Below, one piece after another: positions 52,545-60,231 of a stretch of 60,231 bases of DNA. The notes below the pieces were generated by a model. It was not told where the DNA came from and searched no databases. It saw nothing but the letters and a program-made list of their open reading frames with translations. The stretch comes from Spirochaetota bacterium. GTDB taxonomy: Bacteria > Spirochaetota > Spirochaetia > Treponematales > Rectinemataceae. The stretch lies in the NCBI GenBank assembly GCA_040757435.1, contig JBFLXC010000002.1:1-60231 (forward strand), in the 5' to 3' direction. Position 1 is the first letter of the stretch, and each line of letters begins with the position of its first letter. Both the position numbers and the translations under genes were made by a program.

Positions 52545-54062
52545 TTGAATAAAAAAGACTTTCCGCGTGTCCATTTCTATGACCAGGACTTCGTAGAAAT
52601 ATACGACCGAACATGGGCATGGGTAGCCGATTGCTGGACCAGCGGCGGACAAGGCTCGGGCTTCGAAAAGATCAAATTCTTCCATTATCCCCAGAAACCC
52701 TCGCTGGATGTGATGGAGCAGGTGTTTTCATCCTTCTTCCTGGTGTACAGCAACAGGATCTTCGCCGCCTCCAACGGCCTTGACGCCCTCTACGCCCGCC
52801 AGTCCGATGACGGAGCCATACGCTGGGCCTACGACGTCGAAACCGGCTCCCCCATCTACGATCCCGAGAACCCCGAGGGAGTGATCCTTCCCCTCTTCGC
52901 CTGGGCGGAATACAACCTGTACCACAAGACGGCCAACAAGAAGCGGGTGAAGGACATCCTTCCCTTCCTGACCAAGCACTACAAGTGGCTGGAGAAGACC
53001 TACAAGAACGCCAACGGCCTTTACGCCACGCCCGTGGCCTCCAGCGGAATGCCCAATTCGCCCCGTGGCAAGGCCAAGTTCCTGGTGGACTTCAACGCCG
53101 CGATGGCAATGAACGCCCTGTACATCTCCGCCATGGGCGACATCCTCAACGACAAGGAAACCTCCTTCCAATACAAGCGGGATTACTTCTCCCTCAAGAC
53201 CCGGATAAACGGCAAGATGTGGAACGCCGAGGACGGCTTCTACTACGACCTGGACGAAGAGGAAGGCCAGGTCAAGGTCAAGACCATAGGCAGCTACTGG
53301 CTGCTCCTCGCCGAGATTCCCAACGAGGAAAGGGCGGAAAAGCTGGTGGCCAAGCTGAAGGATTCCCGTTATTTCGGCACCGAAAACCCCTTTCCCACCC
53401 TCGCCGCTGACCATCCCGACTACGACAGGAAGGGCAACGGCTACAAGGGCTCGGTCGTCACCGCCTTTACCTTCATGGTCATCAAGGGGCTGGAAAAATA
53501 CAATTTCTATGAATTCGCCCGGGACTGCGCCATCCGGCACCTCTATTTCATCCTGGATTCCATGCACGCGGGAAGCCACGATGAGGGCAAGGAAGGCAGG
53601 GAGTCGGGGGAAGACGGCGAGCCTGAGGCTTCCGAGCGCCACTCCTCGGGAGGCCATGGACACGGCAAGGACCACAAGCCCATCGTGTGGGGGGCCTACC
53701 AGCCCCAGGCGGAGGGCAAGGCATACTGGGAAGGCCGCCCCGACTGGCCCTATCCCCACTATCTGCCCTTCAATGGACTGGCCAGCGTGACCCTGATGAT
53801 CGAGAACATCGTGGGACTCTACGCATCCCTCCCCCGCAAGACCGTGGACTGGATAATCCCCAACCTGGAGATCATGGGCATAGAAAACCTATCCTTGAAG
53901 AGGAACATGGTCACCATCCTGTCAAGCAAGTCAGGCAGAGGCTGGGAGATCCACATGGAGAGCGAAAAACTCTACTACTTCACGATCAACGTGCTGAACA
54001 AGAAGAAGAAGACCTTGCCCATACCCTCGGGCAAGTGCTCCATGCTCATAGACAAGATCTAG
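52545..54062 (+). CDS. (alpha/alpha)6-barrel glycoside hydrolase, GH63/GH37-like (MGH1-like)
   Basis: 505 aa. TTG start preceded by GAGAGAGGG, with no upstream in-frame ATG. The family assignment rests on overall sequence resemblance from memory only. A charged/His-rich insertion lies at 53562-53681. Confidence 0.55.
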   Translation: MNKKDFPRVHFYDQDFVEIYDRTWAWVADCWTSGGQGSGFEKIKFFHYPQKPSLDVMEQVFSSFFLVYSNRIFAASNGLDALYARQSDDGAIRWAYDVETGSPIYDPENPEGVILPLFAWAEYNLYHKTANKKRVKDILPFLTKHYKWLEKTYKNANGLYATPVASSGMPNSPRGKAKFLVDFNAAMAMNALYISAMGDILNDKETSFQYKRDYFSLKTRINGKMWNAEDGFYYDLDEEEGQVKVKTIGSYWLLLAEIPNEERAEKLVAKLKDSRYFGTENPFPTLAADHPDYDRKGNGYKGSVVTAFTFMVIKGLEKYNFYEFARDCAIRHLYFILDSMHAGSHDEGKEGRESGEDGEPEASERHSSGGHGHGKDHKPIVWGAYQPQAEGKAYWEGRPDWPYPHYLPFNGLASVTLMIENIVGLYASLPRKTVDWIIPNLEIMGIENLSLKRNMVTILSSKSGRGWEIHMESEKLYYFTINVLNKKKKTLPIPSGKCSMLIDKI

Positions 54063-54070
54063 GAAGGAGT

Positions 54071-54095
54071 CTTCGGGGAACCGAAGGCCCCTTTT
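54071..54095 (+). terminator. Possible terminator hairpin between convergent genes
   Basis: CTTCGG-GGAA-CCGAAG stem-loop (54071-54086), then GCCCCTTTT. Confidence 0.35.
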
Positions 54096-54096
54096 G

Positions 54097-54768
54097 TCAA
54101 TCCATCGCCTTCACGACAATCGAGCCCATGAGGGCGACGCCCGAGACTTCCACGTAGGATTCGCCCCGGACCACGCGCCTCTCAACGGACTTGTGCAGGT
54201 TCGCCTCTCCCATGAAGGGGAAGGCGGACATCTTCACGGGCAGGCCGGGAGGGACGATGATCTTGAGCTCCCCCATGATGGCCAAGGCTTCGATCTTGAG
54301 CCTTCCGGGGGGAAGGGCGGTGTCGCGGAGGTCCAAGGTGGTGCTGCCCATGAGGGTGAGGCTGGTGGCCTGGTCGGAGCTGAGCCAATCCCCGGTGAGC
54401 TTCCTGTCTCCCATGACGCAGAGTGAAAACTCGGGCGAGCCGTTTCGCGCCTCAACCAGGAAGTCCCGGGGAGCATAGCGCTCGGGAGCCCGGGAAGCCG
54501 AGGCGGCGCCGCGGCCTGAGGGCTTGTTCCCCTGGTGGGAGGAGGCCTGGGGAGACGAGAACGCCGAGGCGGGGAGGTCCAGGGTCTGGGCGTCTATGTC
54601 CGCGTAGGATTTGGCCTTTTGAAGGGCCGAAGCCCGGGATTCGTAGTCCTCGAGGCTTAGGCCGCCGTTTGCGTAGGCGGTGGTGAGGGCATCCAGGGCA
54701 TAGTCCCTGCGATCCTCGATTGAGTCGGCTCCGCCGTTTCCCGACGCGAACCTCTGGCGGTGATCCAT
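54097..54768 (-). CDS. DUF1707 (SHOCT-like) plus LiaF-C-terminal-like domain protein
   Basis: 'RRDYALDALTTAYANGGLSLEDYESR' (DUF1707), a Ser/Pro/Ala linker, and a beta-rich C-domain 'LTLMGSTTLDLRD...LKIEALAIMGELKIIVP'. ATG 54768 has AAGGAG 6 nt upstream. Confidence 0.6.
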   Translation of the reverse strand: MDHRQRFASGNGGADSIEDRRDYALDALTTAYANGGLSLEDYESRASALQKAKSYADIDAQTLDLPASAFSSPQASSHQGNKPSGRGAASASRAPERYAPRDFLVEARNGSPEFSLCVMGDRKLTGDWLSSDQATSLTLMGSTTLDLRDTALPPGRLKIEALAIMGELKIIVPPGLPVKMSAFPFMGEANLHKSVERRVVRGESYVEVSGVALMGSIVVKAMD

Positions 54769-54885
54769 ATCCGCTCCTTGTGGCCCCATGGCGCCACATC
54801 GTTGGTATGCAGGCCCTGATTTTTCCGGCGCCCGCCGGAAAAGAAATTAACCAAATTCCTCACAAAAATCCAGAGGCCGGCGCAT

Positions 54886-55587
54886 TCAACCGATGACTGT
54901 TCCCACGAAAGGCTTTCCGTCCAGGATCCTGAAGAGGTTGTCCAGGTCCTTGCCCGCGGCGCAAACCACTTTCATGCCCGCCTTCTCGGCCCTTTCGGAG
55001 GCGATGGGATCGAAGGGGAGGTTGGCTCCCGGCACCCATACGGAGCCTACCAAGCCGCGGAAATCCTTCCAGGAAATCGCGTCCAGGGGCTTGGCTTCGG
55101 GATCGAGGCGCGGATCGGCGGTATATACCTTGGCGATATTGGAAAGGTTGAGCACCGTGGAGGCGCCGAAGCGTTCGCCCAGGTACACGGCGTCGAAGTC
55201 GCTGGAAAAGCCAGGCTTCCACCCTGCGGCCACCAGGACGCGGCCGGAAAAGGCGATGGGGCCCGAAGGATCCTCCACCACGGGATCGAGGCAGAGCTCT
55301 CCCAGGGCTGCGGCCACGAGCTGGGCGTTGATCCTGGTGGCGGCTATGCCGATCCTGTCCAGGACCTCGTCCCGGGCGGCGGGACTTCCGGAGCGGGAGA
55401 GGAACTCCTTGAAGGCGGCCTGGAAGGTCCTGGCGGGGCCGCCGCCCCCGGTCACGAGGATTACCTTGCGGGAACCGTCCTCCTTGAGCCAATGGTCGAG
55501 CTTCCTTCGGAACTCCACCAGGAAGTTGACGTCCGGGCCCTCCGGAGGGGCTATGATCGAACCGCCCAGGGATAGGACATAGGTCAT
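54886..55587 (-). CDS. pyrH: Archaeal/spirochete-type UMP kinase (amino-acid kinase fold)
   Basis: 233 aa. 'VLSLGGSII', 'VILVTGGGGPAR', 'SDFDAVYL', 'NIAKVYTADPRLDPEAK' align well with my recollection of archaeal UMP kinases such as the Pyrococcus enzyme. Confidence 0.7.
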   Translation of the reverse strand: MTYVLSLGGSIIAPPEGPDVNFLVEFRRKLDHWLKEDGSRKVILVTGGGGPARTFQAAFKEFLSRSGSPAARDEVLDRIGIAATRINAQLVAAALGELCLDPVVEDPSGPIAFSGRVLVAAGWKPGFSSDFDAVYLGERFGASTVLNLSNIAKVYTADPRLDPEAKPLDAISWKDFRGLVGSVWVPGANLPFDPIASERAEKAGMKVVCAAGKDLDNLFRILDGKPFVGTVIG

Positions 55588-55599
55588 CGAACCACCTCC

Positions 55600-56241
55600 T
55601 TATAGAAGCCCGTAGTCGTCGCGCAAGGTTTTTTCCAGGGCCGCGGCGGCGGTGAACAGGTGGGTCCTTATGCCCAGCTCCTCCGCCGCTTTCAAATTCC
55701 TCTCGATGTCGTCTATGAAAAGGCAGGCCCCGGGCGCCGCCGCGGCCCTGCCCAGGCAGTGCTCGTAGATCCGCCGCTCGGGCTTTATCATACCGACGTC
55801 GCAGGAAAGGACGACATCGTCGAAATAGGAGAGCCAGTCCTCGCCGCCCAGCCATCGCGCGCTCCCGTACATGCGGAGCTTGCCTTCCAGGTTCATGTTG
55901 GACAGCATGAGGATCCTGCAGCCCCTCTCCCCAAGCCGCTTGGCCAGGGAGACGGTGCCGGGGTTGATGGTGAACCAGCTGTCCATGTCCAGGTCCGAAA
56001 GTTCCTCGACCTGGCCTGGGCCGAGGCTTCGGCCCAGGCGGGCGGCAACGGCTTCCCAATAGGACCGGACCGAGAGGACGCCCCGGTCGTACTCGCCTCT
56101 CTCGGCGATGTAGGCGGCTTCGAATTCCTCCGCCCCGGCGCCCAGGAGTTCGGCCATCCTTCCAACATAGGTCTTGTTCCATCCCAGGGTGATCACTTGG
56201 CCGCAATCGAAGATCACCGTGCGGATTTCCGGTTCCGTCAA
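55600..56241 (-). CDS. HAD-superfamily hydrolase (subfamily IA)
   Basis: 213 aa. Motif I 'VIFDCGQV', motif II 'LSN', motif IV 'FIDDIERN'. Confidence 0.8.
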   Translation of the reverse strand: MTEPEIRTVIFDCGQVITLGWNKTYVGRMAELLGAGAEEFEAAYIAERGEYDRGVLSVRSYWEAVAARLGRSLGPGQVEELSDLDMDSWFTINPGTVSLAKRLGERGCRILMLSNMNLEGKLRMYGSARWLGGEDWLSYFDDVVLSCDVGMIKPERRIYEHCLGRAAAAPGACLFIDDIERNLKAAEELGIRTHLFTAAAALEKTLRDDYGLL

Positions 56242-56256
56242 TTCATTACTCCTGTT

Positions 56257-57726
56257 TCAGGGCAAGGCCAGGGCGGCGTCGAAGGCCGGATCCCCGCCTG
56301 ATGCGTATTCTGCGTAGACTGGGACGACCACGCGCTCCGCCTCCGGCTCAAGGACTCCCCGGGCGGGATAGATGTCCGTGGCGGCGTCGTATCTCCACAG
56401 CTTGCTCGATCTTCCGACGACCAGGCCGGAGTTGGGAAGGGCGAAGCGGCGCACTTCCCCGTAGTGCCGCAGGGGTTCCACCAAGGGCTCGCCAAGGAGG
56501 AGGGCAGTGCCTGGGCTTCCGTCCCCGCCTCCGCCTAGGACGCCCCGGGCTCCGCAGGCCTTGAGGATGTCGGCCGTATTCTGCATGGCCGAGGAAAATG
56601 TGGCCGCCGAGACGAGGACGACCACGCCGCCTGGCGCCTCGGAGACGCGCTTGCTCCCCAGCGCCTTGGCGAAGCGCGTTCCGGGCATGGAATTCCCGCC
56701 GGAGTTGTACCTGAGGTCGACTACAAGGCGCGAGGGGCCTTGGTTTTGGGAACCCTTGTCGGGGAGGAGGGCCAGGACTTCGGAGAGGCTGTCCCAGGCT
56801 TGGGAATCGCAGTCGTCGTAGCGGAGGTAAAGCACGTCTTCCCTATCGGGGGGGCTTGCGTGCCACCAGGGAAGGCCGGGGCCTGAGCGGGTGAAGTGCC
56901 GGTCCTGCGCCGGGACGGCCTGGAGGACTGTCTTCCAGCCCTGGGCGGCCATGTCCTGGGGCTCCAGGCTCAAAAGGACCTGGGCCGACGGATCCATGGG
57001 ATCGGCGTCCCTGGGCAGGATGAGGACTTCCATGGGACCTTGGGCCGGGGCGAGGCCGGCGCCGCGGACCAGGGAAGGGTCGGCGAAGCTTTGCATGATT
57101 TCGTTCCTGATCGCATGGGCCAGGAGGGCGGAAGCCTTTCCGGATCGGACAGCGCCTTCCAGGGAGAGGAATTCCGCCAGGTCTTCGGCTGCTTCTGCGA
57201 TATCCTTGCCCCCCACGGAGAGGATCTTCGCCCCAAGGTAGGATTGGTTGGCCGGATCCGTGGCCACGAGCCGGGCTTCCCAGTCCGCAAACCCTTCGAG
57301 GCGGGGGGAGGCGCCACCCAGGCTTTCGGCGGGGAAGAAGCGTAGGATGAAGGGAAAAGACTCCCTGGGTGAGGCGTTTATCCTGGTATGGCCGTCCCCC
57401 ACCAAGGCCAGGATCCTCCTGACCTCCGCGACTCCCAGGTCGGCCAAGGCCGGATCTCCTTCTCCCCGAAGCTCTAGGCGTTCAGCCGCGGCTGAAATAG
57501 CCTGCCTGATCGTCTGGGCGAGGGCTGGATCGGCGCGGAGCTTGGGATGAAGGGCGAGTTCCTTCTCCAGGGCGGCGAGGTCCTCCTTCCACATGCCGAG
57601 GTCTATGGAACCCAAATCCTCGGGGTATAGGCTCCATCCCAGCTGGTTGGCGCAGGAGGAAAAGGCCAGGGCGGCGATGGCCAGGCAAAGGAGGGGGAAC
57701 AAAGGCGGCCTTGGGGTTCCTGCCAT
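56257..57726 (-). CDS. S41-family peptidase-like lipoprotein
   Basis: 489 aa. Lipobox 'LAFSSC'. 'VVDLRYNSGGNS' and 'VVVLVSAATFSSA' are S41 (tail-specific protease) motifs. Confidence 0.7.
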   Translation of the reverse strand: MAGTPRPPLFPLLCLAIAALAFSSCANQLGWSLYPEDLGSIDLGMWKEDLAALEKELALHPKLRADPALAQTIRQAISAAAERLELRGEGDPALADLGVAEVRRILALVGDGHTRINASPRESFPFILRFFPAESLGGASPRLEGFADWEARLVATDPANQSYLGAKILSVGGKDIAEAAEDLAEFLSLEGAVRSGKASALLAHAIRNEIMQSFADPSLVRGAGLAPAQGPMEVLILPRDADPMDPSAQVLLSLEPQDMAAQGWKTVLQAVPAQDRHFTRSGPGLPWWHASPPDREDVLYLRYDDCDSQAWDSLSEVLALLPDKGSQNQGPSRLVVDLRYNSGGNSMPGTRFAKALGSKRVSEAPGGVVVLVSAATFSSAMQNTADILKACGARGVLGGGGDGSPGTALLLGEPLVEPLRHYGEVRRFALPNSGLVVGRSSKLWRYDAATDIYPARGVLEPEAERVVVPVYAEYASGGDPAFDAALALP

Positions 57727-57730
57727 GGAA

Positions 57731-59392
57731 TCAAGCCTCCGGATCCAGGATCGCCGCCACCAGGCGGCTCAGGAGGAGGGGCATTTCCTCGAAGCTGTAG
57801 TGGCGGTGGACCCGCTCGCCCAGCTGGTGGTACTCCCTGCCCCAGGGCCCGAGGTTGATCACGGGGCAGCCTACCCTCGTCCTTGCGCTCTCGGAGCTGG
57901 AGATGTCGGCAACGGGGGTCAGGTTGCGCACGAAGGCCCTCTGCTGGGCCGAATCCGAAGGGGAGAGGAAGCTCATGTCCGATATGCCGGGGAAATACGG
58001 CCTCACCCTGACGCTCTTGCCGATTTCCCTGGAGAAACGGGAGAGCTCGGCCCTCAGCATCTGCAGGAATGAGGAATGGGTTTCCCGGTCGAAGTCAGCC
58101 CGGGCGTAGTAGGGAGGCGCGAAACCCAGGACCACCGCGGGTCCTTCGAGGCCCGAGAATGGCAGGAGGGATTGGAGGACCGAGAGGGTCTGCTGGACCT
58201 TGTCGTCCGGGAACTGGGCGGCGGCGAAGCTTCGGGCGCTCTCGAGCATTCCGGGGCTGGTTCGTTCCGCCATCCGTACGAATTCGTCGAAGCCCACCAC
58301 CGCGGGTTGGGAGGCGGGGATGTTGAATTGCCAGGATAGGCGCCGGGATAGGGTGGAAGCCCTCTCCCGCAGGGTGGAGATGGATCTTTTCATCGCCGTG
58401 TCGGCGATCTTGCCCATGGCTTCGATGATATCCTCGGGATTCCTGGTGTGGCTCAGGACATTGAGGGCGCAGAACACCGCCTGGGGAGTGGTGACGTCGT
58501 AGCTTTGCCTGGATTCGCGGAAATAGAGGACCGTGGGAGGGGGAGCCTCCTCGCCCGGGGCGGCCTGCCTCTCCTGGAGGGCGTCGGGGTTGCTTTCCAC
58601 TTCCGAGGCGAACTCCGAGGCCAGGAGGACGGGATTGATCCCGTCGTAGGGCGCTCCGGCATGGGTGCATCGGCCTACGAAATAGGCGAAAGGCAGGGCT
58701 TTGCCCACTGACCCTACGAAGACCGCCCTCCCTTGCTCGCCTGCGTCCTGGTCCACCGAGGCGTCTAAGTTGATCACCGCAGAGGCCCTAAGGCCCCGTT
58801 CCTCCAGGTAGGGGGCGAGGGCGGGGGCCGCGGCCTTCATCCCCCGGGAGGATCCTTCTTCGTCCGCCACGGCGAGGAAGAGCAGGTTGCCCTTCCTTTC
58901 CCTGGGAAGGCTGAAGCCCGCCAGGACCGAGATCCCCGCCGCCAGGCCTGACTTCATGTCCAGAAGGCCCCGGCCGGGAAGGAATTCCCCGGATTCAAGG
59001 TCGGCCCTCAGCTTATACAGTCCCTCGTCCTTGGCGCTCACCTCCCCCAGGGTTTCCAGGATCTTGCGCTGGAGAGTCTCCGGGTCGAAGGCCCAGGGTT
59101 CAAGGGAGCCGTACATGGATGTGTGGACTACGTCGTAGTGCCCGGTGAGGACTACGCAATCCTGGCCGGAGCCCCGGACCAGGGCGAAAAGATTGCTTCG
59201 TTCCTTGGGGTCTCCCTCGATCCTCTGCAGCCAGATGTCCCCCGGGTTGGCCTTGAAATAGGGAATCTTGGCCAGGACGGAGTGAAGAAAGGCCGGGAAA
59301 GCCTTCTCCCCCGCCGAGTCGGTCACGCTGGAGGCTTTGGATAGAAGGATCGCGAGGCCCTGCACGTCTTTATATATGGTCTTTTTTTCCAT
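57731..59392 (-). CDS. M20/M25/M40-family metallohydrolase (RocB-like)
   Basis: 553 aa. 'VLTGHYDVV', 'GRGLLDMKSG', 'LAVADEEGSS'. Confidence 0.7.
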   Translation of the reverse strand: MEKKTIYKDVQGLAILLSKASSVTDSAGEKAFPAFLHSVLAKIPYFKANPGDIWLQRIEGDPKERSNLFALVRGSGQDCVVLTGHYDVVHTSMYGSLEPWAFDPETLQRKILETLGEVSAKDEGLYKLRADLESGEFLPGRGLLDMKSGLAAGISVLAGFSLPRERKGNLLFLAVADEEGSSRGMKAAAPALAPYLEERGLRASAVINLDASVDQDAGEQGRAVFVGSVGKALPFAYFVGRCTHAGAPYDGINPVLLASEFASEVESNPDALQERQAAPGEEAPPPTVLYFRESRQSYDVTTPQAVFCALNVLSHTRNPEDIIEAMGKIADTAMKRSISTLRERASTLSRRLSWQFNIPASQPAVVGFDEFVRMAERTSPGMLESARSFAAAQFPDDKVQQTLSVLQSLLPFSGLEGPAVVLGFAPPYYARADFDRETHSSFLQMLRAELSRFSREIGKSVRVRPYFPGISDMSFLSPSDSAQQRAFVRNLTPVADISSSESARTRVGCPVINLGPWGREYHQLGERVHRHYSFEEMPLLLSRLVAAILDPEA

Positions 59393-59435
59393 GCCGAAGA
59401 CTATACAACAGGCGCGCGAGGCGTGATAAGGCCTT

Positions 59436-60231
59436 TCAGCCCTTCTTGAAAAGCCGCGCCACGGTTTCCAGGTTCCTCGGGTTGACCGTCGTGGAGCCTT
59501 CCGGGGTATAGGAATACTCCAAAAGCTCTCGGTAGACCTCGGCCACCTTGTAGCGCACGATCTTCATGGTGGAGTTGACCGTCCCGTCCTTCTCGTTGAA
59601 GGGCGTGGCGATGATCTGGAAGGTTCCCGGTATCCAGGCTCCCTGCACTTTCTTCGCCTTGGGATCGGACTTGAAGGCGTAGAATTCCTTGACCAGGGCG
59701 TCCAGGATCGCCTGCGGGGTGGAGAGCCCCTTGGCGGCCGCGTAGCGCTGGAGCTTCGCCGTATCCAGGGAGACCAGGGCGCAGGAATACTTCTTGTGGT
59801 CGCACCAGACCATGATCTGGTCGATGAGGTCAGTGGAGGTGATGATGGCTTCCTCGATCTCCTCGGGACTGTACTTTTCCCCGTCCTCGGCGATCAGCAC
59901 CGCCTTGGCCCGGCCAACCACGTAGAGGAATCCGTCCTTGTCCATGTAGCCCAGGTCGCCGGTCCACAGAAGTCCGTCGTGGAGGGCTTCGGCGGTGGCG
60001 GCGGGGTTCTTGAAGTAGCCCTTCATGACGTTTTCCCCTTGGACGGTTATCTCGCCGGAAACTCCCAAGGGCACCTCGGTGCCGTCGGGGCGCATGATTT
60101 TACAGGTTACAGAAGGAGCTATGACGCCGGAGGAGCCGAACTTGTGCTTCTTCGGGGTGTTGGAGGATATGATTGGCGCCGCCTCCGTGAGGCCGTAGCC
60201 CTGGAAGACCGGAACGCCCAGGGCGGCGAAG
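59436..60231 (-). CDS. AMP-dependent acyl-CoA synthetase/ligase, C-terminal part (5' end lies beyond the window)
   Basis: The frame stays open to the window edge. 'GYGLTE' lies near the window edge, and 'TGDLGYMDKDGFLYVVGRAK' and 'GEKYSPEEIE' are ANL-superfamily motifs. Confidence 0.8.
   Translation of the reverse strand, partial: FAALGVPVFQGYGLTEAAPIISSNTPKKHKFGSSGVIAPSVTCKIMRPDGTEVPLGVSGEITVQGENVMKGYFKNPAATAEALHDGLLWTGDLGYMDKDGFLYVVGRAKAVLIAEDGEKYSPEEIEEAIITSTDLIDQIMVWCDHKKYSCALVSLDTAKLQRYAAAKGLSTPQAILDALVKEFYAFKSDPKAKKVQGAWIPGTFQIIATPFNEKDGTVNSTMKIVRYKVAEVYRELLEYSYTPEGSTTVNPRNLETVARLFKKG

Overview
The window is a roughly 60 kb chromosomal segment from a high-GC bacterium (about 60% GC by eye, not computed). 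It is probably an anaerobe, and gene content is consistent with Spirochaetota: an archaeal/spirochete-type UMP kinase, many lipoproteins, and a sensory [FeFe]-hydrogenase-like gene. This taxonomic call is low confidence. I support about 62 protein genes, 5 tRNAs, a small SRP (4.5S) RNA, one IS-like element with terminal inverted repeats, and several promoters, operators and terminators.

Content from start to end:
- 168-3051: a GT4 glycosyltransferase, tpx, a VOC protein and a deoxynucleoside kinase.
- 3144-4460: the IS-like element.
- 4717-6159: a secreted TPR protein.
- 6164-14199: a ManNAc/GlcNAc utilisation locus (BadF-type kinase, SGNH esterase, CUT1 ABC transporter, AGE epimerase, nagA, nagB).
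- 14319-17497: a sigma54-promoted DUF2202 gene, a lipoprotein MsrA and ettA.
- 17690-28339: a GntR-linked island (TRAP transporter, SDR, cupin, M20 deacylase, HIBADH-like dehydrogenase, GntR, transaldolase-like enzyme, class-III aminotransferase, divergent EamA exporter).
- 28341-46436: marC, an orphan histidine kinase, tkt, uvrC, pyk, a degenerate GGDEF protein, yigZ/ygiQ, a lipoprotein alkaline phosphatase coupled to a membrane-anchored resolvase-like nuclease, an orphan lipoprotein, a TIGR01212 radical SAM protein, acyP, an SDR and mtfA.
- 46527-50293: a tRNA array holding all four Ser isoacceptors plus Arg(GCG), then ffs-dnaX-ybaB-recR.
- 50319-52401: a DRTGG / HATPase / Cx2Cx4Cx16C [FeFe]-hydrogenase-like module.
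- 52545-60231: a GH63/37-like hydrolase, a DUF1707-LiaF-like protein, pyrH (archaeal type), HAD, S41 and M20 proteins, and a partial acyl-CoA ligase.

The strongest candidate for an undescribed system is the GntR-linked island. Its two operons carry promoter/operator cassettes that are 25/29 identical and are built around the palindrome TAGTCGACTA. The enzyme set matches no pathway I can name. No CRISPR array, prophage or recognisable defence system was seen. Most long antisense ORFs in the track are high-GC shadow frames.
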